From contig OZ024757.1 of the NCBI GenBank assembly GCA_964016885.1, positions 34,782,001 through 34,846,000 of the forward strand: a DNA stretch of 64,000 nt, written 5' to 3'. Both the position numbers and the translations under genes were made by a program. Source of the DNA: Eledone cirrhosa. Lineage: Eukaryota. Below the pieces are notes generated by a model. It saw only the letters and a list, made by a program, of their open reading frames with translations, made no database searches and had not been told where the DNA came from. Positions 1-14,060 of the stretch are shown piece after piece (the stretch's first letter is position 1; each line of letters begins with the position of its first letter).

Positions 1-810
1 CAGCTGCTTGTTCAGGCAGGCTGTATACATCTTATACATCGGGTTCTGGCATGCAATGGTTTGGTAGTTTTTTGCCAAGTGGGTGTCTTTGTTCTTGGGG
101 AGCAGTAATGTTTGTGCTAATATCAACCATTCTGGTATAAGTGTATCTCCCTTAAGAACTTGTTGGTAGAGGTCGGTAAGATACTTCCGATAGAATATCA
201 GTTTTTTGTATCAGTAGCCAACAATCATGTCTCTTTCTGGTGCTTTCTTATCTTGGAGTTTTCCTATCACAGTCGCAAGGTTACCCTCACTTATTTCGTA
301 CGTTTTTGTTGTAGTGTAGGAGCAATAGTTCTTTTGTATTTCTTTTAGCCACACTGCATCTTGGTTGAAATTATTCTTTTCACCCCATATTTTTCTCCAA
401 AAGGAATCTATGTCTTTCTGGGATGGGGCCTTAGTGACACTTATTATTTTGCCCTTCATATCTCTATAGACTGATGTTTGGTTTCGTCTGAATATTTTAT
501 CATTCTTTCATCTATCTTCTTCAGGTATCAACGTTTTTCGCTGACAGCTCTCAATTCTTGTTTGAGGGTGATCAGCTTATATTGAACAGTTCTGGTTCTA
601 CTGTTACCGAGCATCGTCTCTATTTTATTTTTCACTCTTTGTTGGTGAGGAGTGAAGTTTTTTGTGTTTGTTTGCATGTAAGGAGCATTGTCACATATCC
701 TATGATTTTTCGTAGGTCAGAAATCTTTTTTTCTATTTTAGTAATATATGATGGGTTTTTTGTGGTATTTTGTTTTTGTTAATATCCCTGCTATCACCAA
801 GATAATGCTT
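1..810 (-). mobile_element. Degraded non-LTR retrotransposon RT fragment (R4/Dong-like), runs off window start
   Basis: Minus-strand translation gives FWRKIWGEKNNFNQDAVWL...KAPERDMIVGY, then after a disruption PEWLILAQTLLLPKNKDTHLAKNYQTIACQNPMYKMYTACL (RT domains 0-1). Confidence 0.7.
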
Positions 811-813
811 CAC

Positions 814-886
814 TATGTATGTATGTATGTATGTATGTATGTATGTATGTATGTATGTATGTATGTATGTATGTATGTATGTATGT
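814..886. repeat. (TATG)n microsatellite
   Basis: Perfect tetranucleotide run. Confidence 0.97.
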
Positions 887-2418
887 CTGGAAGAGATGAC
901 CCCTTAGCCTTTGTCAAGGCAGAATTCTAGAAGGAGGAAAACTCTAATATAACACCTGCAACCCTGATGGTATCCAATGATGTTGACTTGTTCTTCTTTT
1001 TGGTAAATATCATCTTGGTTAAGAGAGTGGGACTGGCTTTGTGCAGTGCCTTTGCTCACTATAAAAGCTTCACGGCACAGGCATTGCTTTATATCTGGGG
1101 ATCTCTCTGTACTTGTCGTCACATGGCACCATGGGCCCAGCACTATGTGTCAATAATTGTCACAAGTGTAGTGTTTGTACCAGAGTTTTCAAGTCGCTGG
1201 CTGGACTAAAAAGTCACACTCGTTCAGTGCATCGGTAGGGGTTCTCCTACATGGATATAAAGTAGTGGCCGTACTCGAAAACGAGTTGGCAGCCACCATG
1301 TACACACACGTACGTGTGTATGTATGTATTCATCCCCCCCCCACACACACACACATGTTGTGTATGTATGTATTCATTCCTACACGCACACATGTGACGG
1401 TGTTCCAGCTTATTCCGAAGTCTGAACAAAAGACTTACTGTTGTTGATTGTATAACCAAAATTAAGAAAGTTTAAACAAAAGACAAAGCCGTAATAAATA
1501 ATTTAGTTGCTATTTCTAGCAGTGTGAGATACTACGTAGAAGTTTCCTCATCGATATGTAATTGATATTTAACTGGGTGATACTTTCGAGGTAACGATAA
1601 TGTTTATTTGAGTTTGTGAACGTAAAATAGTAAATTACCCTTTTCGATTTACCATCAATAAGATACAATGGAAACAGTGTTTAAATGTATTAAATTATAT
1701 CAGTGACTCTTAACGTATGACACCGGTAAGAGAATTGAAACTGTCAACGACACCGCGTACCTGCTGTCTTCATTACAACTTTAATTAGTCTAATTATATC
1801 TTGTTTACCAATTATATATATACACACAAACAATTTTCTTTCCCTGACATCAGTCTTACACTGTCATATCTATTCTTACTTTACAATTGTATCTACTAAG
1901 AGTTCCATTATAATCTGTAGTAAAAAAACGTCTATTTCACCAGAACATCTGATATCAGTCATTTATGGACAATATATATATTTTAGACCACATATCAACC
2001 TAATATATACATATTTCCTATCAAATCTCTGGCTAAAGACATAAATATTTTCAAGGTATTTCCACAATTTTTATCATTATTACGTTTTTTCCACTAATTT
2101 ATTATTTTATTTTTTAAATGTTTCTGACTAACCTTTTCTATTTTTTGTGTTATAAACCGTCTAAAAATTGTTATTCATACCAGGCCAGGAAATATAAATT
2201 AAATTTACAAATGAGATTATATACACATGTCAAAAATATATATATATATGGATAATGTATAGAAATCTCCCCCCCCCCCCTCTCTCAAGAGCGTGAACCT
2301 AATAAACCTTTATTTTTCTGCTTCTCTGTTTCGTTCCCGTCTAAATTTGCACTATATATATATATATACTGGAATTGAAATATCAAGACCGTAGAGATAT
2401 GTCATATATCAAATCAGA

Positions 2419-2485
2419 TTTTATCTGACGAGGACGTACTGGAAAAAAACAACAACACAGTACCATCGAAATATATATAATAAAG
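2419..2485 (+). ncRNA. Putative minimal type I hammerhead ribozyme (Penelope-type)
   Basis: CTGACGA (2425-31), stem II GTACTG/CAGTAC, CGAAA (2467-71), palindromic ATATATAT stem III, stem I TTTTAT/ATAAAG. Confidence 0.5.
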
Positions 2486-2529
2486 CATATATTTTGATTA
2501 TGTGAATATCTTGATTTGTTAATATTTTA

Positions 2530-2637
2530 AATCCCGCCGAGGTTAACTTTGCCTTTCATCCTTACGGGGTCGATAAAATAAAGTACCAGTAATGTACTGT
2601 GTAATTTGTTGGCCTTGTGCCAATAGTAGAAACAATT
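2530..2637 (+). mobile_element. tRNA-derived SINE, 3' half (Deu/Nin-like core); paralogous copies at ~11468-11585, 23138-23250, 34197-34310, 45262-45375
   Basis: TTTGCCTTTCATCCTTACGGGGTCGATAAAATAAAGTACCAG core shared with the full-length SINEs in the window. Confidence 0.8.
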
Positions 2638-2859
2638 ATATATATATATATTTTTTCTCAATGGTAACATTGAGGACCGAATAATTTAAATTAACCGATA
2701 TAAAAGTAGTCCCACCCTTGCAAGCAGGGAAAAAGCGGACGTAAAATGAGATAAAATGAAATGAAAAATAAGACACACAAGCGAAAACCAACCAAACAGT
2801 GAGTGTGTTCTGTTATTAATTCTGGCAATATTATTACACATATATGACCCTCCCCAAGT

Positions 2860-3497
2860 ATATATATATATATATATATATCTAAAACAGAGAATGTCTG
2901 TCTGTCTGTCTCCCCAAAACTCGAGAACCACCTAACCGATTGTTTTCAAACGTTACACGTGTAATACTTATGGTCCTGTGAGTGTTTTGAGCAAAAAATA
3001 TTTCAAATTTTCAATGCCCTAGAGACCGCATTAGGCGATTTAGCGATCTCTCTCTATAGTTCTTAGTCTTTCTTTTTAGATAGATACATAGATATAAGGT
3101 TGCGCCCTTATAATATCTGTCTGTATGTCTGGCTGTCTGCATTACGACATTATGGCGTCGCTATCGGTGTGTGTATATATATATATATATAGAGTGTGTG
3201 TATATATATATATATAGTGTGTAACGGTTTTCGAAATATTTACTTCTGCGTTCACAGATTGATGTTTTTAGTTTCAGAAGATCCCGTTAAGGGTGAAAGC
3301 AGCAATTCTTTGCTTAAACTTTAATCTGTTATTTTAATATATATATAATTATATATTCGTGTACAGATATATTTGCATACACAATAACAAAATATAAATA
3401 AACGTATTTATTTCACGAGGCTCGATAAGGATAAATATATATCAAATATATAAGAACCCTAGAGCAAATCCCGAGCAACGTCGGGTCATTCTGCTAG
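2860..3497 (+). mobile_element. Non-autonomous Helitron-like element
   Basis: 5' (TA)n-AAAA..(GTCT)n head; 3' hairpin CCCGA-gcaacg-TCGGG (3470-3485) followed by CTAG|T; head related to the element at 57054. Confidence 0.7.
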
Positions 3498-3586
3498 TAT
3501 ATATATATATATATATATATGTATTTATGTATTTCATATATACAAATGTATGTCTGTGTTTGTTGATATGTACCTTTATATATATA

Positions 3587-4030
3587 CAGTCGAGTCTGCT
3601 TAAGAGTATATCGGATAAGAGAATAGCATAATCAATTCCCGTTTATATATTTTCTATATAATTTAGTCTGAATAAGAGTATAATGAATACAGTAAAGTAA
3701 ATTGGACTTATAATGTAACATAACCATTTTAAAACAATTCAAAATAATAATAGAATAGGAGGAAGAAGATGATATTGAAACCGAATTAACTAGAAAGGTT
3801 CGTATGTATTATTTTTATATTTATAATATGAATGTCCATAGGTACCTAACATAACTTTAATCATTTATCAATATTTTAGATCTCTGGAAAAGAAGGAATA
3901 CTTTGTTCACTGTACGGTCCAATATGATGCAATCGTTTGAAAAGTTTGAAATTGAGATTGAGGAATTGATTGAAAAAAAAATTGCGAGCAATCAAGTGCA
4001 AAAAAGCATTTTGGACTATTTTTAGGAAAT
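3587..4030 (+). mobile_element. Tigger/pogo-like DNA transposon remnant
   Basis: TA|CAGTCGAGTC terminus; encodes QKSILDYF (~3999-4022), resembling Tigger transposase C-termini; right end not identified. Confidence 0.45.
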
Positions 4031-4290
4031 AAAAATTGCATACCAATATGCTTAATTTATTTATAATTCGCAATAATTCTTGTTGAATTTTTTGGTGTAA
4101 CTTTCATTTTTTTTACTTATAAATGTACTTTGAACGATAATAAAGCGATTTTTAATCATCGAAAGTCTCAAAATAATAATACTATGGAATATCAGGAAAG
4201 TTGATATTTACAGTTTAACAATAGAGAAATAAAAAATTTCCACTGTTAAATCTCTGTTAAATCTATCTTTAAGTATTCTCTATTATCTCA

Positions 4291-4312
4291 TACTGTTTCT
4301 TTCTTATTTCAG
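4291..4312 (+). promoter_or_regulatory. Candidate 3' splice acceptor for the ZNF coding exon (conserved; AG also at 16588, 28198, 39256, 50291)
   Basis: TGTTTCTTTCTTATTTCAG conserved ~300-350 bp upstream of all five ATGs. Confidence 0.55.
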
Positions 4313-4644
4313 AATACCAGATGACATTGGGATTAATTAATTTTTTTATCTTGGATACATCACCAATATTTATCATCATTTTAAGACTAAATCTATTTAT
4401 ACAGAAGTTATATAACTGTATTGTTCAATTACTGTGAATTATTTCCTCAGAACTAAGTTTTTATTCTTCTCTATGAGATATATTTTGTATTTTAACTAAA
4501 CTTGGATAACAAAGAACTTTACATTATCTGAAGATATTAACTGAGATCACAGCTGAGGGAAATATCAAAGAAATATTTTTAGGAATATAATATAAAAAAT
4601 ATTACAAGAAAAACAGCTGTATATTCTGTTGAGAAGAAAGGAAC

Positions 4645-6261
4645 GTGATGGAAAATAAATTCAGTGAGAAGATAAAATGTAAAACACTGTCTAAAAGGAT
4701 TACTATACCTGATGAGACAAAGGGTAGAGAAGAGAAGCCATATAACTGTGATATCTGTAAAAAGTCATTCTTTAATAAGAACAACTTCACTAAGCATAAA
4801 CGTGTACATACAGGAGAGAAGCCATACCACTGTAATATCTGTAGTGAATCATTCTCTCAAAAAGGAAGCTTGACAAGGCACAAACATGTACATACAGGAG
4901 AGAAGCCATATCACTGTATTATCTGTGGTAAATCATTCTCTCAAAAAGGACACTTAACATCTCACAAATCTATACATACAGGAGAGAAACCATATCAATG
5001 TGATATCTGTGGTAAATCATTCTCTCATAGTAGTGCCTTAACATCTCACAAACATATACATACAGGAGAGAAGCCATATCACTGCGATATCTGTGGTAAA
5101 TCATTCTCTCATAGTAGTGCCTTAACATCTCACAAACATATACATACAGGAGAGAAGCCATATCACTGTGATATCTGTAAAAAGTCATTCTTTAATAAGA
5201 GCAACTTCACTAAGCATAAACGTGTACATACAGGAGAGAAGCCATACCACTGTAATATCTGTAGTGAATCATTCTCTCAAAAAGGAAGCTTGACAAGGCA
5301 CAAACATGTACATACAGGAGAGAAGCCATATCACTGTATTATCTGTGGTAAATCATTCTCTCAAAAAGGACACTTAACATCTCACAAATCTATACATACA
5401 GGAGAGAAACCATATCAATGTGATATCTGTAGTAAATCATTCTCTCATAGTAGTGTCTTAACATCTCACAAACATATACATACAGGAGAGAAGCCATATC
5501 ACTGCGATATCTGTGGTAAATCATTCTCTCATAGTAGTGCCTTAACATCTCACAAACATATACATACAGGAGAGAAGCCATATCACTGTGATATCTGTGG
5601 TGAATCATTCTCTCTAAAAGGAATCTTGATAGGGCACAAACGTATACATACAGGTGAGAAGCCATATCACTGTGATATCTGTGGTAAATCATTCTCTCAA
5701 AAAGGACACTTAACATATCACAAATTTATACATACAGGAGAGAAACCATATCAATGTGATATCTGTGGTAAATCATTCACTCATAGTAGTGCCTTAACAT
5801 CTCACAAACGTATACATACAGGAGAGAAGCCATATCACTGTGATATCTGTGGTGAATCATTCTCTTTAAAAGGAATCCTGATGGGGCACAAACGTATACA
5901 TACAGGTGAGAAGCCATATCACTGTGATATCTGTGGTAAATCATTCTCTCAAAAAGGACCCTTAACATATCACAAATCTATACATACAGGAGAGAAACCA
6001 TATCACTGTGATATCTGTGGTAAATCATTCTCTCAAAAGGGACACTTAACATATCACAAATCTATACATACAGGAGAGAAGCCATATCAGTGTGATATCT
6101 GTGGTAAATCGTTCTTTCAAAAAGGACACTTAACATATCACAAATCTATACATACAGGAGAGAAGCCATATCACTGTGATATCTGTGGTAAATCATTCTC
6201 TCAAAAAGGACACTTAACATATCACAAATCTATACATACAGGAGAGAAGCCATATCACTGA
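4645..6261 (+). CDS. Tandem C2H2 zinc-finger protein 'gene A', 18 fingers, no KRAB/SCAN
   Basis: CxxC-x12-HxxxH repeats with TGEKPY linkers after a ~30-aa leader. Confidence 0.9.
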   Translation: MMENKFSEKIKCKTLSKRITIPDETKGREEKPYNCDICKKSFFNKNNFTKHKRVHTGEKPYHCNICSESFSQKGSLTRHKHVHTGEKPYHCIICGKSFSQKGHLTSHKSIHTGEKPYQCDICGKSFSHSSALTSHKHIHTGEKPYHCDICGKSFSHSSALTSHKHIHTGEKPYHCDICKKSFFNKSNFTKHKRVHTGEKPYHCNICSESFSQKGSLTRHKHVHTGEKPYHCIICGKSFSQKGHLTSHKSIHTGEKPYQCDICSKSFSHSSVLTSHKHIHTGEKPYHCDICGKSFSHSSALTSHKHIHTGEKPYHCDICGESFSLKGILIGHKRIHTGEKPYHCDICGKSFSQKGHLTYHKFIHTGEKPYQCDICGKSFTHSSALTSHKRIHTGEKPYHCDICGESFSLKGILMGHKRIHTGEKPYHCDICGKSFSQKGPLTYHKSIHTGEKPYHCDICGKSFSQKGHLTYHKSIHTGEKPYQCDICGKSFFQKGHLTYHKSIHTGEKPYHCDICGKSFSQKGHLTYHKSIHTGEKPYH

Positions 6262-8060
<1,799 letters not shown>

Positions 8061-8291
8061 AATAGTGCATCCAATGTTTTAAATGTTTTGAATAAAACTG
8101 TTTTACACAAAAATTACTCTCCTTTCTTTTTATTTGTAGAAGTTGTAACCAAGAATTTTTTTTGACAAAACTAACGTTCAGATTTACAAACATTATCTAT
8201 GTATATGTATGTGAAGAAATTTGTGTCCATATATATATTTGTATATAAGTATGTGCATATCTGTATTTGTATATAAGTATGTGCATATCTG

Positions 8292-10068
8292 TATAACCAG
8301 GTAATACGAGAAGGTGTCATACCAAAAGATTGGTGCAGTAGCATCATTGTCAGCTGCTACAAAGGTAAAGGTGATGCACTAGATAGAGGAAACTATAGAG
8401 GTATAAAGCTGATGGACCAGGTCATGAAAGTAACAGAAAGAGTTATAGCACAGTTGATTAGGGACCGGGTGAAACTAGACGAGATGCAATTTGGGTTTGT
8501 ACCAGGAAGAGGCACCACTGATGCCCTCTTCCTTGTCAGGCAGTTACAGGAAAAGTACCTAGCTAAAAGTAAGCCACTTTACCTGGCATTTGTCGACCTT
8601 GAGAAAGCCTTTGACAGAGTTCCACGTGTGGTAATCTGGTGGACTCTTAGAAAACTAGGAGTAGATGAATGGCTTGTGAAAGCGGTACAAGCCATGTATA
8701 GGGGAGCAGTCAGCAAAGTTAGGATTAGCAATGAGTATAGCGAGGAATTTAGCGTACAGGTTGGGGTCCACCAGGGCTCTGTTCTTAGCCCACTCCTGTT
8801 CATCATAGTCCTGCAGGCAATAACAGAGGAGTTTAAGACCGGATGCCCATGGGAACTCCTGTATGCTGATGACCTCGCACTTATAGCTGAATCTATGGTA
8901 GAACTAGAGAAGAAATTCCAAACTTGGAAGCAGGGACTAGAAAGAAAGGGTCTCAAAGTCAACATGACAAAGACTAAGGTCCTTGTAAGTAGACGAGAAA
9001 ACAGAACCCAGATCCCCTCAGGGAAATGGCCTTGCTCAGTATGTAGGAAAGGTGTAGGTAGGAACTCCATTCTCTGCCCCAAATGCAAACAATGGGTACA
9101 CAAGAGATATAGCGGGATCTCAGGAAGCTTAATTAAGAATGTAGGCTTCACATGCAGCAGCTGTGCTGGGACAGCAAGCAGCAAACAGCCACAGGAAACA
9201 AGTACCACCAATCTCTGGGAGGGCTCTGTAGAAACAGTAGACAGCTTCTGCTACCTAGGTGACCGAATTAGCAGCGGAGGTGGGTGTTCAGAAAGTACAA
9301 TAACTAGGATAAGAACGGGATGGAAGAAGTTTAGGGAACTACTACCACTGCTAGCTGCAAAAGGCTTCTCCCTCAAAATGAAAGGCCGACTATGATGCGT
9401 GTATCCGAACAGCGATGTTGCATGGTGAGACCTGGGCGCTGAAGGTGGAAGACTTACGTAGATTAAAGAGAAACGAAGCCTGCATGCTCCGATGAATGTT
9501 TAATAGTAATATACACGAACAACAAAGCATAAATGAATTGAGAGAGAGAGACTGAGCATAAGAGGAATCAAATGCTGTGTGCAGGAGAGGCGGTTGTGTT
9601 GGTATGGACATGTGATACGTATGAAGGATGACAGCTGCATAAAAAGGTACAGAGCACTAGAAGTCGATGGAAACCGCGGAGTCGGGAGACCCAAGATGAC
9701 CTGGGATGAGGTGATAAAAGCCGACCTTACCCAATTATACCTATCAAAGGCGATGACACAAGCTGAAGCATATAGACAATATGCCCCCACAACCCTGCCG
9801 CAAGGTGGTCGTGGAGGTGCCACGGCAAAAAAGCACCCAGCCCACACTGTAAAGTGGATGTGTAGGCGCCACGAAAAAGCACCCAGCACTCACTGTAAAT
9901 GAGGTTGGTGTTAGGAAGGGCATCCAGCTGTAGAAATCAAGCCAAATCAGTTCCTGTATGAGCAAGGCATGGTCAGCCGACCAGACACTGCCCACAACAG
10001 GACAACCCGTCTAACCCATGCTAGCGTGGAAGAACGAGCGTAAAACGGTGATGATGGTGATGATGATG
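8292..10068 (+). mobile_element. 5'-truncated RTE-clade LINE, copy 1
   Basis: RT motifs NYRGIKL, QFGF, FVDLEKAFD, GVHQGSVLSP, LLYADD, FCYLG; internal PHD-like Cys cluster; frameshift ~9390; (GAT)n tail. Confidence 0.93.
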
Positions 10069-10099
<31 letters not shown>

Positions 10100-10388
10100 T
10101 ATATATATATATATACACACACATATATATATATTTATACACACACATATATATATACACACATATATATATACACACACATATATGTGTGTGTATATAT
10201 ATATATATATGTGTGTGTGTATATATATATGTATGTGTGTGTGTATATATATATGTGTATATATATATATATGTGTGTATATATATGTGTGTGTGTATAT
10301 ATATATATATGCGTGTGTATATAGATATATATATATGTGTGTGTGTTTATATTTATATATATATGTGTGTGTGTATATATATATACAC

Positions 10389-10423
<35 letters not shown>

Positions 10424-10737
10424 TTTATATATATACACACACACACATATATATATATAAATATATATAAATAAAAATATATATAAATATATATTAAAAA
10501 AAATATATATACACACATATATATATATATATATGTGTGTGTGTATATATTTATATATATATGTGTGTGTATATATATATATACACACATATATATATTT
10601 ACACACACATATATATATACACACAAACACATATATATATATAAATATATATAAATAAAAATATATATAAATATATATTAAAAAAAAATATACACACATA
10701 TATATATATATATATACACACACATATATATATATAT

Positions 10738-10768
<31 letters not shown>

Positions 10769-10851
10769 CACATATATATATATATATATATACATATACA
10801 CACACATATATATATATATACACACATATATATATATATGTGTATACATAT

Positions 10852-10906
<55 letters not shown>

Positions 10907-10925
10907 TATATATATATATATATAT
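10068..10925. repeat. Compound (TA/CA/TG)n microsatellite
   Basis: Low-complexity run; source of the spurious YIYI ORFs. Confidence 0.97.
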
Positions 10926-12297
10926 CAATTAGATACGATTGGAACAGTATCTGAGTGTATTAAATTATATCAGGGACTTTTAACGAATGACACCGGCAAG
11001 CGTGATGAAAATTGTGAACGTCACCGCGTACCTGCTGTCTTCATTATAACTTTAATTAATCTAATTATATCTTGTGTATCGTCATCTGTCCTATCTATTC
11101 TTACTTTACAATTGTGTCTACTAAGAATTCCATTATAATCTGTAGTAGAAAAACGACTATTTCACCAGAACATCTGCTATCAGTCATTTATGGACAATAT
11201 ATATATATTAGACCACATATCAACCTAATATATACATATTTCCTATCAAATCTCTGGCTAAAGATATAAATATTTTGAAGGTAATTCAAGAATTTTTATC
11301 ATGATTAAGTTTTTTTTCACTAATTTATTATGTTTTAATTTTAAAATATTTCTAACTAACTATATTTTGTGTTATAAACCGTCTAAAAATTGTTATTTAT
11401 ACCAGGCCAGGAAATATAAATTAAATTTACAAATGAGATTATATACACACGTCAAAAATATATATACATTGAGTTCAAATCCCGCCGTTGTTAACTTTGC
11501 CTTTCATCCTTACGGGGTCGATAAAATAAGGTACCAGTAATGGACTGAGTAATTGATGGCCTTGTGCCTAAAGTAGAAACAATTATATATTTTCCCTATA
11601 CATTATCCATAATAGACAATATATTATACCTCCCCATCTAATATATTTTGTCTACGACCTCTTAACTACACGGTCAATTAAACAATTAACACTTTTTACT
11701 TTCTCATCGTTTTTGCCTAAAAACAAACAACTTCATCCACTATTTTCAGTTAATTTTAAATTTCTTTCCTCAATTCCAATCTCTTCCCTTCAACGTTTTA
11801 ATATCTCATTGTCCTATTCTTGCACCTCTATTTTAAATATTTTATTTAAAATAGAGGTGCAAGAATAGGACATCTCACACTCATTTCCCCGTATTTGGTA
11901 CACCTCATAATCCCCTTTCTCTTTGTTAGTTCTCCTTGTTTCCTTTCTTATTTTCTCAGTCTCAACCTCCCTGTCCCCGATATTTTAATATCACCTCCCT
12001 ATCGTTATTATGCTTTTACAATTTTTAAATTTAATGCGGTTTCATCCATGTGGAATATTACACTCCGTCTTTGAATTTTTAATTCTAATATTTTTTCCAT
12101 CTCTTTGTATGTTCATTGCTCTTTCTCTTCCACAGTATTTACCTGCCTTTTACACGTGTGTGTTTCTCTCCTTTGTTTTGTCCTACATCTTGTTTTTGTG
12201 TGTTGTGTGCTTAGTTTGTGCATTTGTTACATCCGAGTGTGTGTTTATTTATCTAGTCACTAGTTGGTTGGTTCTTCATCTGTGTGTGTCTGATTTG

Positions 12298-13439
12298 GGC
12301 ACTACCATGCTATTAGCTGTCAGAAGTGAAAGTTTCGTCAACCTTCTCAATCGTAAACATCGTTTATTTCCGTATTACCACGCGTTATTTTAATAAAGCA
12401 TATCGATGTAAGTGGAGTTACTTAAATGAAAATATAGGTGGCCCTTAAAAGGGCCAAATTACAAAACAAATTTAAGTTAATTAGAAAACAAGTCATGGTT
12501 ATCAAATAAATTGGATTTAATCATATTTTCATAGTCATGGTTATCAATTTCATGTATAGGGTTGGTGAAAAAAATTTGATAACCTGTAACGGAATTATGT
12601 GTGATTGTAACGATAAGTGGATGGATGGATGTAACTGAAGGTATAGTGGTTTCGATGTAAAGAAAAAGACCAGGTTTGTGTCGTTACAAAGTTTATTTTA
12701 TTATAACAATATTCAATTTGAATATTGAATGATAAAATCAATAACACAAAATATTCATACAATAATTTGGTGGCTCCTCGAGCCACGTAAATTCAAGTAT
12801 CACAGAATACGATTATAATATAATTTGTACTGTATCAGAAAGGTACAATATGTGTAAACAGAAATGAATGGTGCGTGTACAAATGCTGGCCTCGCTATGA
12901 ATGCGTGTGTGCGTATCAGTATATTTACTTATTTGTATTGCAGGAGTCAGCGATCAGCCAGGAAGGTGAGAATAAGTGGCAGACTGGTTATTCGTGACGA
13001 GAGCTTGTAAATGCCACTTGTCTTGTCTGTTGTATATCACTTCTTTTCTGTCGAGGCGTAAACAACCCCTGTATTTATAAGAGTTGAAGTTAGGATAGAT
13101 ATATCCTCTGAACTTTGGTTTGTCTCCCAAGGGATTAGTTTGCCAAGCGTAAACAAGTCAGAAAGATGACCTGTGTTTAGCCTCTCCCAAGGTGTTAGTC
13201 TCTTGAGCGTAAACAAGTTACCACGGCTTGTCCCAGAGACGGGAAAGCTCAGATTCGGTTTCGAACTTCGCTGCCGTTATGCACCATATATTTGTTTTCT
13301 AATTTGGCCCTTTTAAGGGCCACCTATATTTTCACTTACATCGATATGCTTTATTAAAATAACGCGTGGTAATACGATGTTTACGATTGAGAAAGTTGAC
13401 GAAACTTTCACTTCTGACAGCTAATAGCATGTTAGTGCC
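12298..13439. mobile_element. Non-autonomous Merlin-like TIR element, copy 1
   Basis: ~150-170 bp TIRs GGCACTA...TAGTGCC; 8-bp TSD CTGATTTG at 12290-97 and 13440-47. Confidence 0.8.
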
Positions 13440-13447
13440 CTGATTTG

Positions 13448-14060
13448 TTTTGTGAGTTAGAAATGAGTGTTTTGCTAATTAGCGTTTTTATGGGAATAGC
13501 TGGTCTTTCAACTATGTTAATATTTAATTTGAGTTTGTCTAGGGCCCTTCTAAATCTATAAGCTAGTTCGCCTCTATGGGTTGTATTGACAAACATTACA
13601 CTCTGGTATTTATTGCTATCATACCATGAGTTTATTTTATTTGCATTATTCCTAAGCCTTTCTATTCTGTTTCAAAATATGCTCTTATACATGGGGTAAG
13701 TTCCGTTTGCATCATTTTCTACCATCTTTGCCCATTTAGTTCTAGCTCCTTTATATACCCTGATCTTGTCTCTGATTTTAGCCAGAGAACTGCATGTGGT
13801 GAATAAAGTGTTGTCTCTTTAAGTATTTGGTGTTCCACATGCAGGACACGTTCCTCATCACTCTTACTAAGTCCACAATCAGTATGTTGATTTTTTAATG
13901 TGGTCCGAAACAGCTGAGTTTCAGTGGATCAGGTATTTGGAGGTCATGGGTTTGGCATAATGCAAATGGAGGATTTGAGTTCTATTACTAATAGTTTCCA
14001 ACCACATTTCTGTGTCTAGTACAGGTAATCTATGGTTGGGGTGTTTATTTGGGTAGTCTA
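13448..14060 (-). mobile_element. Penelope-like element RT/thumb remnant (probably continues left of 12290); also 25060-25672, 36118-36730, 47175-47787
   Basis: IDYPNKHPNHRLPVLDTEMW..ILHLHYAKPMTSKYLIH*NSA..DLVRVMRNVS..MFVNTTHRGELAYRF..IVERPA. Confidence 0.75.

Noticed and set aside
4970-5968. Antisense repetitive ORFs over the ZNF genes
   Set aside because: Shadows of the 84-bp finger periodicity
8579-9211. 210-aa antisense ORF present in all RTE copies
   Set aside because: Shadow of the RT frame; the copies are recent duplicates, so conservation is uninformative
8292-9395. Active LINE or domesticated RT operon-like system with the ZNF
   Set aside because: 5'-truncated (no endonuclease), frameshifted, and stop-bearing in three of four copies; a passenger of the duplication
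9947-10928. Long YIYI/CVCV ORFs (also 21.8-22.8, 33.0-33.9, 44.1-44.9 kb)
   Set aside because: Translations of stop-free dinucleotide microsatellites
12298-13439. Inverted repeats as Penelope pseudo-LTRs
   Set aside because: An exact 8-bp TSD and interruption of the Penelope ORF indicate a nested DNA transposon
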